From NCBI RefSeq assembly GCF_000150275.1, contig NW_002060946.1:1049562-1113561 (forward strand): a stretch of 64,000 nucleotides of DNA. The letters are read 5' to 3'. The notes under the pieces were generated by a model, which made no database searches, was not told where the DNA came from, and saw only the letters and a list, made by a program, of their open reading frames with translations. Each line of letters begins with the position of its first letter. Within the stretch, counting starts at the first letter, position 1. Below are positions 46,301 through 61,300 of this stretch, one piece after another. This stretch comes from Trichoplax adhaerens. Its lineage: Eukaryota; Animalia; Placozoa. The position numbers were made by a program, and so were the translations under genes.

Positions 46301-49300
46301 GCGTATCGTAGCTACAATGAATGATGAAAATTATTTTTCCAGATGACTGTGGTAGGAGAACGCATGTATGACGACGCTTATACAATTCAAAAAGTAAGAG
46401 AAACTGATATTTTACTGCAACAATTCCAGGATAGATTTAGCTCGATTATTATATATTGAGCTTTGCGTACATATAGCAGATCTTTACAAATTCTATGTTA
46501 TCCACGCTATGTAGGTGGAAGATGAATTTCTAGCAGATTTTAATTATATGGCCGGAATGGTTGCCAGTGTTCAGAAATTTATACGTAACGTATGTTCAAT
46601 AAAATTGAGTAATATGGGATAGAACGGGATAGCTTTTGTGCTACCTCTAGTATATTTTACATCCAAAGTAATATGATGTATTGACTGCTAATTCGATATT
46701 CAGTAGCTCTGATAGTAATGAAAATAAATGATTTAATATTGGATCAATTATACATTAACTTTGAGCTGTCTTACAATATATTAACAGCGTGGCAATAATG
46801 TCCAGTTAAGGCATTCATCAACATCAAAATTTGTTTCGGTAAGCACTAAAATTGAATAAGATGTTAATGCTACTTTACCTACAGGTAGTGATTCTAATTT
46901 GACTTTATCATCTTCTACCTTTTGCACAGACTTTAAAAGAAATTAGTGACTTCATGATCGTTAACGGTGAACCATGTAAGCATCGCCAGAAGCTAATGAG
47001 AAATTTAAAGGTAAATAGAACAAATATACCTTCGTTCGATATATGGTTTTGTTTACGTTTAAGTGATTCTATAGCAGCTAATTATTCTAGATGATGTTAA
47101 CACAAATTGAGAAGTTTAATAGACTGTTATTTAGCTTCTATAGCTAAAGTTATTTCAATATACATGATGTTATCATTTCTATTATTGGATTATTGTTTAG
47201 ATCATTGAATTAATTGTGCAAATTTTGGAACCATCGGATAATGATAAGTTAGTATATCATCTATTTTCTGATTACGGTTAAATAGAACTAAGATAGGGAT
47301 TATAATAGTATGACCATCTGTTTCTCATCCTTATGCTAATTTCCTCATATTGCCCATAGATTTATTCAATCAATCTATTGTGAATGCTATAAACTGTTGA
47401 ATACCTATGTTATGGGAGATAGCAGGTATGAGATAGTATTGATTGATGATCAATTTGAGACTTGTTCCGCCCTTGAATAAAGTCTAATATACATGGAATT
47501 TACAGGCGATGAATAAGACTAATAATTATAATCGCTTTGACATATTTCCAATCAATCTTTTACATATGTAATAGCTTAGGAATAATATTTAAGAATACGA
47601 GATGCATAATATCTTAGCATCGTGGTATAAATAGCTCAAAAGACTAATGATAGATTATTTATACAATAATCAACAGTAAAAGTGGAATATACTACGGGTT
47701 GTCTTTAACTTGATTGAATATACGCGTATTAGCAATATTATCCAAAATACACAAGATAGAATGCAAACGATTATATGCCGTCATGAAGGAGACTCAATAC
47801 AGATTTCGGCAGTGCACAAAACCTATACCATTAATGATAGGACCAGTAATCTAGAATCAATTCTATGCATGATCATGATTTCATATTGAGTATGTTGGAG
47901 AGTTTAATTAATAATTCATTTATCCATTGAACAGGAAAAATGAACTTTACATTGCTAGACATATTGATTTCTTTCAAACAAGAATCGGATTAAACGTGAG
48001 TTTTATCCCTCTATCAAACAATTATTCAGAATATATCGATCATATTAATATTTCTATCCTATATCCTATATCAAATATTGTCGAGCTTTCATTTAATATC
48101 CATTATCTTGCCAATATTAGAATAAAATTGCTTTAACTGCTGCCGAGATGACAACTGAACTTATTCGAGATAACAGGTTAGCTATACTAAAAATAATCAC
48201 TTTTATGCTGCATCCTGGCAAATTCTATACTTGATATACTCCTGAAACTAGATAGAACTTTATGAAAAAGGTTCATAACTCAGTTACAGTATTGCCAAAT
48301 TTTATACTAATATATTTTCAACCTTTCCTTTCGTCCATAGGAAAATTATTGATCGCATTGGTCATAAATATATCGATCAATTTATTGCTTTACTAACCAG
48401 CAATAAGGTATTATAAGGATAGTAATTTCTATTAGAGAATTAAAATTATACTATGTTATCTGTCAAACACATTCACTGCAAATCTGGCTATCACTTTTGA
48501 TAGAATTTGTTCAATATCGAGTCCAAAAGAGTTTTCATTACAGGTTTTAAATTTGATATCCTGCCCTTACTACCGTTCTGATTTCTATTTTATAGTACTA
48601 TCAATATCTGGATTTATTGAATGTTCTCTGTGTTTGTAATGGTCGAGCAATACCTAACAATCAAAGTTAGTCTAGACATTAAAATAGAATTATGTTGAAG
48701 TAATTAGTAGATTTAGAAAGAGTACATTAATTGAAGTTGCCAATTCTACTTTGCAGCTTACATCACTGAAACTTTATTGAAAAGTGGCAAAGGAGAAAGG
48801 GTAGGTAACTGTAAATTATCCTTCGTGCTCTTAACATAAGACTATAAAATTTTTTAGTGAGATGTAAGAAAAATTTCAGGATACATTATTTACGATAAAT
48901 TGATTTTGAGAGTGGACGTATTCTTCATTTGGGCAATGATACAGTGATAATATTGGACAATTCGCAACTTAGGATTACCTCTTTATCTTTCAGAATGTTG
49001 TTTACTTGACCGAGTTAGGCCAACGTGTTAACTTGAATAAAGATATCGTTTATGTGTCGACATCGTTAGGCAGAAATTGGGTTCCACTTCATCGTTTTAT
49101 ACAAGTATTAAAGCTTTCATAATTGCATTTCAATACGTTACTTCACGATGCTTATCAGTAGTTACTTTTTTATTCAATGCAATAGAGTGAACGCGATCCA
49201 GAATTCCTATTCCTTGATCATCAACTTGATTTATTTAATAAGCTCTGTTGGGTAAATGACTATTGAATAAGCTGCTACGATAAGGCTATTGATTAATCAC

Positions 49301-52300
49301 CAAATTCGACATGAAACAACGATTACATTTTGTAAAATCTTGATATCATTCCCTTTCTCTTTCAGGGTCGCAATGAGTTTGCTATTAAAACCATCACTCA
49401 GGTATAGTTTCCATTCCTTGCTACAGGGCTCCTAATTTTAACGACCTTATGATATAATGATCATGAGCAAGATAAATATTCGTATACTGCGACCATGGCT
49501 TAGAAGTCATACAAATTTACTCTTAAATATTCTAGGATCTCGAATATTTAACATGGCAGGAAGCATTTATATGTCTTAGAAATGAAGATCTGCCAGATCG
49601 ATTACGTGCTCGATATTGCGATCTGATAACAGGTAAAGGATTATTTCCAATTTTTTAGAACTAGCTTGGAAGAGTTTCGTCATATATTACAATTATTTCA
49701 ATGGAATAAGAGATGAAAACTTTTATTCGTTATACTTAAGAGTTGATTAAAATAATTTTCTAGGAATGTTTATCAATATACCTGGCAATCATTCAGTTCT
49801 TGATGAGCTACAGTTATCATTTGTAGGTCTATCTATTAATATTCTGTAATAGAAGAGTACTTATCTTACTAATGATCTATAAATTTTATTGAAATGGTTA
49901 TAGATTTATAGTGACTTGGTCAAGGATCGGAATGGAAAGAAAAAGGTACCATTAAATTAATAAGAATTTATCTTGTGTATCTATCATGTTGAAGATATTA
50001 TACGATCATGGTTACATTTAATGTGGTTCATTAATTCAAGAAGTCCTTTCTGTACATTCATAGCTCTGTATACAGTATTTTATAAGTTAGCAAATATTTT
50101 GATCGCCAGGCTAACATTTTTTACTCATAACAGATTCAAAATGTTCCATTATCCTTCATGTCTGAGCTAAAGCAATGGATTGCTTCATTCTTAGATGCTA
50201 ATAAGGTTAGAGAATAGGCTGCCCTGGAATTGAACTTGAAATTAAGATAAAATTGTCTACAAAATAGGAATATTTATGCTTAGTATACTTGTAAATATTA
50301 ATGTAATAGCTACCGTACTACGCTAGAGAATAGGGCATTGAACATGAAAATTTGATAAAATTAAGATCAAAATAGGAATAGTAATACTTAATATACTTGT
50401 AAAATATTAACGTAGTATAATAATAGCTAGATTAGACAATACGATATTTAAACGAAATTATGATAAAATTGATGTCAAAATAGGAATATACATATTTAAT
50501 ACACTTATAAAATGTTAATATAATGGCTGCAAGAAACTTATGGTATTCCAAGATTGATTCGATTTCAAGATTAGTTAAATAGAATATTAGATATACAGTA
50601 AAGGCTATAAATAGATCAATCGTATCCTAAATATGTTAAGTTTCAGCATATAAATGGAACAATTGTATATCTGTCTTGATTATTAGAAGTAGTTTTTATC
50701 ATGTTTAAATGATTGTAATATAGGATTCAAGAGTAGAAATTGAGTACATTATCGTTTCTAAATTTCTCAGGCAGCGATATTACCAAAATTATAATAATTA
50801 TCTGACAGTGGTTAAATTAATAGCTGAGTTTACATCAGCTATAATTTAAGAGCCGTATAGTTTAAAATTATATCCTAGAAATGAAATTCAAAAGATAATT
50901 GTTTCCGAGAGTCATTCTATATCGCGTTTGAATTTTATAATTTAGGATATGACTGCTTCGTTAATTGGACATAATATGCTGATCGAGCAAGTACGTACTC
51001 AAAATTAATGGAATCATTCAATTTAATAAAGGATAGTTTAGCCACTACTACCATTTAAGATTGCTGATGACTTGATATTTAATCTATGTATATTCTATGG
51101 TCACTACATGATTAGGTTTTAAGATTAGTCCAAAATCTAGTGAGATTTGGATATTATGAAGATCTAACAGATATGGAAAAGCTAATACCGCCATTGTTAT
51201 CCTTGCTGGATGGTCGCAATGATAAGCCTGTTCCGTTTTATACCTGTAAGAGACCGAAATAATTTTCTTCTCGTGACTTATTCTAAGCTTCCCGTTACAT
51301 TATAAATTATATCAGTGTATAGAGAATTATCCGATGTCTGATATTAAATTATAAGTTATTTCTTACCTATAATCACTTTAGCATTAAATTCTGACGAGAC
51401 TGAGCAATTATTACGCCAATATCGTGAAGTCGATCGATTTAAAGAAAGTGCTGAGACGAAAGCTGTGGTAGACGCTAAATACCAGTAAGAAAATTAATTT
51501 TATTTGTTAAATTGAATTCATAAAATAAATGCCTTAGAAACGCAGCGATGAGACTGATTTGACAATGATCCTATTCTAAACTATTATTTTATTTTACAAA
51601 CTAAAGGGCTATGGAAGCTGTAGATTTGCTGTTTAATTTTCGGTTTAATAAACGTTTAGAGGTATAAATATTTTGGAACGGATCTATTATCCTATTATGG
51701 CAGCATACCTTAAAATTTTATTCTACATTTCACATATACTGTAGCAGCTGATCGGTTATTGAATTTCTGTTTTCATTCATGTGTAGCTCTTTATAAATGA
51801 ATTCAAGCACATTTATGAAACTAGCGATGATCTCTATTTTATTACAAATGAGAACTTTAGTTTAGAGGGCAACAGAAGGTAAGTTTAACCTTTTAATTTA
51901 CATTTTCATATGAAAATAGCCATTAAAAGCAATTTTAAAAGCATGCAAGGATTCGTCGATAGGATAATGAATCTAAATTATTTTGTCATAGCCTTTGTAA
52001 GAAAGCTCGAGAAAGGCTTAATGAAATATTTGAAGCAGCCCAATATTTCGATACAGAAAGTCTACGCGATATATTTTTGGTAAGATATCTTAGATTTGGT
52101 TTCGACCAAGATAGTATAAGGCTATTTTATCCGGACCTTAGCATCAAATTTGCATTATCGATCCTGATGAAATTTCAATTACATCAATAATGGCAGGATC
52201 TATCCAAATATGAATATAATCAAATGGTGGTAAAATCCATGCACTTATTACATCGTCTATATTCTACAAACTATACACTATTCGATCGTGCTGTTCAAGC

Positions 52301-55300
52301 CCAGGTAAGATAACTTTGGGAATGGTGTTCCATTTTATGGCGCTTCTAGAGAGTAGTGTTTAGGTTATATCGCTGTTCTTCCGATATCGTAGGTTTTAAT
52401 CAAAGATTCATCATGTGAAGTTTTTCGCCATGCTCAGAAAGCGGTGCCAGTTATCCGTCGAATTCTTGCAACCAATATGAATAACGATCAAGCAACAACA
52501 TTGGGTGAAATACTCGACACTTTTACAGGGTTAGAATGAAAAATCCTTTATAAATTTACCCAATTCAATTTGTTGCGCTTCATTTTTCTTATGGTATCTT
52601 TAAGGATTAATTTTCTGTTTGATTATTTAAATTTGCTTGATTTTGATCTTGTAGCTTTTGCTCACTGGAAAACGATCCTACCGAAAGGCATTCGATGAAT
52701 CAAACTATTCTGTACAATTTTGGTACGTTCAATAATTTTTCTTATCCTCTAGCTTGCTTACAACCTCTGCACAGTAAAATTCAGTTGGATTAACGAATTT
52801 GATTACACTTCGAGCTTGTTGTAAGGCAGCCTTATAAATAAAGATTCCATCGGATTTTTACTTTCTCTTACAATAATTAGAATTAGTTTAAGCTAAATTT
52901 ATTTGGTTTTCACATTGAGCTAGAATAAGAGAAGAGTTTTTACTTGCTTTTGCATTGATTTAAGCTAGTCCTAGCTAGATATACCGTAAAATTCGATTGA
53001 AGTTGCACTTTCTTTGACTTTAGTTTGACTTTGAGCTGATTCTGGAATCAGTTTACAGTTAATTGAAATGGATTGATAGCTTCTTTAACTTTATTTTAAT
53101 CACAGCAGTTGCTAAAGTTATCGTAGTTTCTTAGCTATATAGCTATGTTGTAGTCTTATATGGTCATTTTTTCTCTAGCTACCCTATCAGATATTTTCAT
53201 TACTCAAACTTCTTTTTACCTGCAGCAGCCTCTAACGTTGCCGTAGATTCTTAGTTGCTTTGTAAGCTCACATGGTTATTTTTTTTCTAGGTATTCTATC
53301 AGACATTTTCGATATTTTGGGGCAAGAATTTGATGCAAAGTTGGCGGTAAGACAATTGAATAATTTCCCAATATAAACAATATGGCTGATAGTAATAAAT
53401 ACAGACCATCATTTCTTATTCGCTTTGATCAATACTACTACAGGATCAATATAAGGGAGTTCAGATGATATTTCAAAAAAGTTTCAGTCTATTACAAGCT
53501 TTGTCTAGGTAAGTTCGTGATTTATTCTTTCATTTACCGCATTCACGGTTAGTAGTAAAACTTTTTGAGGCCTAACTAAAGTGAATACTGTTTCTTTTTG
53601 CTGGCTCTCAATATTAAATGACTAGTCTGAGATAAAAATGAGAAATAATTGCTTAATTTTCTACCTTAATCTGGCCAATCTCTACCGTTAATTTAGTGTA
53701 TTCCAAAATATTTTCTAGGATTAAATGTATTTCATGCCATTCATTTAACGTTAATATGTATTCCATATGAAATTAAAGGGGCAATAAAACGATCCAAGAT
53801 CGCGTCTATAAGCGATTAAATTCGCTGCTGAGAGTAAAAGGAGCTGTATCTAGCATGGCATTAGCTCTAACTGAGATTTTTACTGGTAATAAAGATACTT
53901 GCTTGAAAATTCGAGCTTCAGAAGTGTATGCAATCATGAAATTAGTTGCCGAATATAAGGAAGAAGCGCCGGAATTGATCGACTTATTAAATGCTATCGT
54001 TAAGGTAATGCTACAATAGCTGCATCCAGTTAGAGAAGTTCTATTTTCGTCTTCGGTACGTTAAAATGTACTACTAAGTATGATCACTAATATAAATTTC
54101 CTTACCTTTTGCACGCCTATCGGTAAACTAGGTCGAAGAATTAGATTTGCCTATTAAGCGCAACCAAGGTTTAGTTATGAAATATTTTATGGAATATCGA
54201 GATCGAATTGCGGAAATTATCGATAATGTCGATAAAAGGTGCTTGCAAAGGATTGATTTCATGACCTAATCATTACTAAAGTACTTATTCAAGATAAAGA
54301 GAGTGAGAATGTTCTATCTTATACCTTTTAATGAGTAATTTAATTTTTTTGAACGATATCATACAGGAAAGCGTTATGCAATGATCAGGACAAGTCCAGT
54401 AAACTGCATCAATATTGCTACAGTCTGATTAATTTATTAGCCACATGTGCAGAGGTATGCTCCCAATAACCTATCCAATCCAATCCACTTTAGAAGTTAA
54501 ATGAAGAGTTGATATAGAACTTCTATGTCAATATTGTTCTCTACTATATGAATAATTTTGGTAATCTGTCCTTAGAGTTAATTAAAATAGATTAAATTTT
54601 CCAGGATTTGAAATTGATGTACAGATTAATTTTAACCTTATCAATAGCTATCAGTTATGCCATAGTTTATGAAATTTTATTTATTTAATTTCTAATTTTC
54701 AGTTGTAATATAGTTTATAAAATAATTTCATTACTTTATTCTATGTCAAATTATCCAATTAATCAGAATTAATATTGATACGTAGATAAACAGATTAGTT
54801 TTTAATATCATATGTCGTTAATAAATATCTTACGCTACTTTGGTCCTTTATAATATGAAGCTTGTAATTAGAACTCTCCCAATTCTAGACAGAGCGGATA
54901 ATAATAGCTAATTCTGATGTAGAGATTAATTTTAGTTTGTATAAGATACAGTAAAAGCCCGATAAGTGCGACACTTTTGGTTTGTAATTAACTTTATGAA
55001 ATTATTTCATAGGGAGAAAACAGATTTATTGAATCGATTTGCCAAACTATTTTGCCCATTGAAGACATCGTAGAGGTTTGTATAGACGTTATTTTCCATT
55101 GGATAGTGATAAATAAATATCACTAGCGATATAATACTTTGGCTGATAAGTATGAAACTTGATTCGTGGATTCTTTCTTAGGTTTTAAATCATCCAGGAG
55201 TTGATGATGATATGAAAAATGCCTACTGTCGCTTTTTCCTTTGGGTCTACTTAAATACAGCTGGAGGAATGTATGAATCTGGTGCAGCTGATCTAAACCA

Positions 55301-58300
55301 TGATGAGTATGTTCATCTTAGCTTATTATTTTCATGATAGTATACAGAACTGGTCAAAATATTGGGTTCATTGCTATTTTAGTTCCTAATATCGATATAT
55401 TCCTGTTGAAGTTACTTAATTTTCAATTTTTTCTTCTTTACCGTAGTAAAATGTGGATATTTATCTCGAACATTTGCTCATCTATTGGCGCTTTTAATGA
55501 CTTTGCAAAACTTAACCCTAATAAACTCAAGGATATCTTTAAGAAAAATATCGGCAGTATGGGGTAAATATTCTGGAATGATCGTGACTTTATTATCACT
55601 TTGCAACATACTAATTGATTGCTAATTTTTCATCTAAAATAATTAGGTACGAAATGGGGAAATATCGTAGTATGAAGAATTATCTATTAGAGGGTGTTAT
55701 ACCGCTATTACAGGTGAGATTCAGATAAACCATTCCTTTACTGTAAATTTCTAATTGCAATACGGATCCTATCTGTGGCTGCTTGTTAGATTGAGGTGGC
55801 TGAAGATTATCTAAATAGTTAGTAATTTTCGCGTTTAGTGGTCTAACTATCCTACCGCAGTGATCGAGCTTGATCTTCCTGTAGAGATGCAGAAATGATA
55901 TAAATACGGTTCACTATTAGCCGCTGCATCGGGCTAATCTGGTTATCGATATAGAGTACCTACAAGATTAAACTGAGAGATTTGATTTATAGTTTAAAAA
56001 ACAGTTCTCACTACTGATATGATGAAGATACAGTTTCAATTTATGCCATGTTTTAGAATATGAGTAGATCTATCTATAGCCGTACTGGAGCGATTAAATC
56101 ATCCACGAGCTAGATTTATGCCTTGACAAAATATACAGGCTGCTTTGATCGTTTATGAGTCAATATCCAAGCAGTGATTGAGCTTGGATACAAACTCATA
56201 AACGATCAAATCTCTAAGTTACTTCATTTGATCTAGTAATTTATCTAGTATCAATTTTAACTTGCGTTATTTCAACTTTAGGCATTCTTCAAGCGTGTCT
56301 ATATCGTAGAATCGGAAAGAGTTGATATGGAACAGAAACATATTGATGCTCTTGGCCAAAATTTAGTGGTTAGTACTTACTCTTGAACTATCGCTAGTTT
56401 ACATGAACGCGACGTTAAAAATTGTGTTCTCCTCGTAATTATAATTAGCTATTAGTTACCCTATAAGCAGGCGATAATCTTTTCCCCTTGTAACGATGGT
56501 ATTTTCAAAATTATGTTGAGTAGACCTTTTGTGGGCTAGTAGCTGAACATTTAACCAGCTCTTCCAATTTAAATGCCATGATCAACTGTACGACGACAGT
56601 TCTACCATTAACAACTTTACCTATAACCATTTTGAGTGATTTTCAAGATCGTTTTTCCAACCAAAAGTCAGTGATGATTGAAAATCCAGCTGTTAAAGTA
56701 AGTTAAATCAAGTTGCAAAATATCCTACCGTTACAAAAGTAAATAACGTCGGCATTATCTACCGCTAGGCGTATAACGAGTATTATAAAGAAGAATCCCA
56801 TTTAAATGTCATCTTGAATATCTTTGCCGTGAATTTTAAGCGAATTTACCAAGGCGAAAATACCGTCGAAGCGCAAACTGGATTTAATAGTTCCGAACGT
56901 AAGTTGCCAATAGAACTGTTTGTAGCGGTGATTTTACTCAGTGCTAAAATCTTACTCCACGTATTCGCTTAGAAAGATCCCATGTATATTCTATGCCTTT
57001 ATCTTATCCCTAAGCATGGTTATTGCTTTTAAATTACTGCAGAAAACACACGTATTTACTTATGAAATTCCAATCTACATTCTATATCTTTACTTCATCC
57101 TTAAACATTGCTATTAAATTACAGCAGAATATTCCCGTATTTACTTATATTTAATCCAAATTCTATGCCTTTACTTAATTCCTAAACATTGCTTATGACT
57201 TATTACAGAACACATCCGTATTTATTTTTAAAGATCCAATTTTAAATTCTATGTCTTTATTTTATTCCTAAACTTTTCTACTGCTTTCAAATTATTGCAG
57301 AGTATACGCGTATTTACTTATTCCGATTAAGACACAATCTAAATTCTATGCCTTTATTTCATTCCTAAACTTTGCTATTTCCTTTCAATGATCGCAGAAT
57401 ACGTTGAAGAAGGTAGCGATAACGAGTTGCCTTTAGGGGAAGAATTTCAGCTATTTACCCGATGTTTTGCTAGGTTAGACTATTTTCTACGACATTTACT
57501 CAGTTGAATATTTGGCATTTTAGCCAGATCATTACCTTAATCGAACTCTATTTGATCGATATAATACCTGAATTGTTATCATGACCTCAATTCTTTTACA
57601 GAGAGTCTCCGACGGGAGTAATTTTCACTAATGCTGAAAAATTAGTCAAGCTTTTAGAGTAAGGGATTTCAATTCGTTTCCATCATTGAAATTGCTACCC
57701 TATAGAGTATTATTCTACTGCAAGGTTGCCAAATCACTTTCAACCAGTACCTAATGACTAGGGCAATTTTTATAATTATTGTATAGAATTTCATCATCAA
57801 TGACTCGTTTAAGTGAAAAAGAACGAATACGACAGGAATCATTAGATGTTAAATGTTTAATGGTAAAATACTTCATCTATCGACTTTGCAATCATACTTG
57901 AGCTTTCGACTGCTTTCTACGATATCTAGAAAATGATTAATCCTTGATTTTGATGTTAATAATCCTATTCAAGACTTTACGTGCTATTATATATAATCAA
58001 GTTATTAAATTACCGCCTGATTGGGAAGAAAAACCAAATGAATGGGAAAGGTAAGTTGGAATATTGCCGAGGTAGTATATTGATCTATCCGACCTCAATA
58101 TCCAAATTCTATTTGATTATTTAGCCTACTGAAATCATTGAAAATACACAAAACACTCTAATTAGTTACGGAACGATGATTAAGGTAAGCCCATCGATGG
58201 CATTGAAATATCCTTGAATACTATCATAAAACGAAATATCAGTCGAGAAAGGTTTTCTTATACGCATATCTACTCTCAAATTGGCATCCTATTTAGGTCT

Positions 58301-61300
58301 TACCTTTACTCTCCCGACGAAGTGATGACATCATTCGAGAATTACTATCTTTTTTAGCTGCTATGCTCCTTGAGGGTAATAGTATGGCTCAAGCAAGTCT
58401 AGCGCAGTATTTTCTTGGCACTAGAGAAGAAAGTTTCTTTTTCGCTATTAAAGGACGTATGAATATGTCGATGGTTGCTACTAAAGAAAAGTAAGAGCAA
58501 ATTCTAGCGATTAATTCGTTCAATATGGTAATCTTGTTGGGAAGAATTCAAATAGCATAAATTGGTCTATACATTAAGTTAACTTAGACGTTTTGAAAAT
58601 GATTATATATTATAACTAACGTTAGCCTATAGGAATATTTCCAGAGATGTATTATAACCAATTTTAGGGCATAACTTAAAATAGTCCTACTGTAGTAATG
58701 ATATCAAAATATGAGCAGCTAATTTAAAGATGCCGTAGTCGGTATAAAGTTTCCATTGCTTTGGATATTGCTAATATGCCTTAAGGAGAAAAGACTAAAG
58801 CTCAACTCTATCTATCTTAGGCGAGTTTTATTAGCTCAGCATAAAGCAAAAATGGACGAAAAAATTCAGCAAGCTAAAAGCTTATCGAAAGCTGTCACAG
58901 CTGGTAAATCTGGAGGCAAGGTAAAGAGGACATTGGTGATAGTAGTTACTCTTTTATTTTCCTATTTTCTATTAGTCAATGTATTCACTAACTCTGAACA
59001 CTTCTCTACCGATGAATCCTTTGGCAATGATCTTGTATTTACTCGTCTTTACTTTATTCATCAGAAATTGGTGGAAGGAATGACGCATGGTAAGCGTAAA
59101 TCCAACGCCGTTGCTCCTTTGGCAAGAGTTATGAAATCAAGAAGCGAGAGTGAAGTATGTCGATTAATATAAGTAATATTGGTTACAATTTAGAGTAGAA
59201 TTACATCTAATTATCATTTGAGATTATTATAGCAAATCTGTCCAACTTAATGATGAACATTTCTTCACAGTCGCCATTGGATCAAGACGATAATGATGAA
59301 ATCCCACACGTTAAGATCATGAAAAATGGAGAAAAACAAGTGAGTTAAAGTCTAATCAACGATTGCACGGACGATAGGCTGAATAGCTTGTTGTAATTTC
59401 GATAGCTTTCTACTAGGAATAAATTTGATATCTAATTCTGGAACTAAATCTAAATTAATACAGAAATTAATATCTCAAAATTCGATATCACGATTCAGCC
59501 TGCCAATGGAGTCTGAAATCGAGGTATAGTAGAAAATTCCTGAATATGAATCCGTTTTACCAGCATCCACGATAAACTTTAATAGAACGCTAATAGTTGT
59601 AAAATTTTATCCATAGATGAAGAGCGTTGCTCAAGAATCTATCGAAGAGCAATCAGAAAATGCCATACTCAATCTTTATAAGGATGATGGCTATATAGAA
59701 TTAGTTTTACGAGTATTAGCATCGATGTGTGACGGGCAAAATACTACATTACAGGTGAAAAAATGCAATATCCATTTTTCCGTCAATATCCATTGACTTC
59801 TAACTTTGGTGTTATTTTACAACTCTGTTTCTATAGAATTATCTTCGAGAGCAGCTGGACAACATTAAATCCGTCAATTTAGTTGCTGAAACAGCGAAAT
59901 ACTTACATATGCTCTACGATAACATCAACTCTAACAATATATCACTGACAACGCAAATCTTTGTTACATTAATAGAATATTCAGCGGTAAATAAACTGTT
60001 CCTTATTGAGCTAGATAGAAGTGAAAATGGTTGTAATAACTACTGTTCTTGTTCGAGAAAATTGCAATTAGTGAATCCTCTACCTTATCATACTTTCATT
60101 TATCCATCGTTAACCTCATGCAATAACGAATTTTCTTGGATTATAGGGCTGCTTTGAAAATCATCCGGTTATTTATGATAGCAAAATAATTGATTGTATC
60201 AATTTCATTTTACGCGAATCATCATTTCATGGCTGCTCTGAAGAAGAAGTAAGCTAACTGAAGGGATTCTAGGGCTAAGAGATTAATTATTGATTTAAAG
60301 AGTATTTCATTAACAGATCTCAAAGCATGAGAGCATCAGTATAATTTGGAAATTATTACGAATTAATCTAGAATTATTTATATATCGCGGATAATCCCGC
60401 TAGCACGGATAGCGTTTACTTATGGACTTGTACTTGCGTTTGCATTTAGATTTATACTCTGAAGCAAGCTATTGTAAAGCTAGTAGCTTGCCTGATTGAA
60501 GATAACTGTAAGCAGTCCTTAATGATTGCAAGAGTAAGTAGAATGAGGGGTGGAATTGATTATGTTCTACCTTTCTTTATGCTAGCGATGCCATAGAGAT
60601 CGTTAATGTTTTGATGCATATGCTTGTTTAGGAAATTAAAGAGACGATTGATGTAAATGCTGTTCTCGATGTAGCTACAGATTGCTATAGAAGACAGGTA
60701 ATGATTAAGAAATTCGATCCTTCTTAAATGCCTTATCGCCAGCCAATTCACAGACTTTTTTATTTTCATTTTAGCAAATGGCACAAGGGAAATTTAAAGA
60801 TCTAGTCGTTGATGTTGGCTTTGGTTATTTTCACATCCTTATGCGTTTACGTGATTTGGATGAAAATAAAGTAAACTTAGAAAGTAAGGCTGGAATAACT
60901 TGTTTGCTGCTCGTCGATGAAAGTCTAGGCCTAGTTACTCATTTATTTTTTTCCTTACTTGATATTGATAGCTATTATTGGTTGTGATTCATCTGTGCTA
61001 CTCGACAAGACCAAAGAAAGAGAAAAAGGTCAGCATAGCAGAGAGAGAATGATGCTCTGATATCAATGATCAAGAGTTATATTTCATTACCGTATAATCT
61101 AAAGCCCTTAAAAACCATTTGCAATTTCTAATGCTACAAGTTTCTCAACGTTCCTTTTAAAATTATGATAGATGAGAAATTTATTCGATGGAAAGCCATG
61201 GAATATTATCAATACAATTCATTATCCATTGAAATTTTACGTGAAGGAATCTTACAGAAAGTTCATTTTCGAGTACTGGATAAGGTAGCGTAATTAGTTT

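Noticed and set aside
56961-57397. CRISPR-like repeat-spacer array
   Set aside because: Eukaryotic intron, whole units are homologous with no unique spacers, and there are no cas genes.
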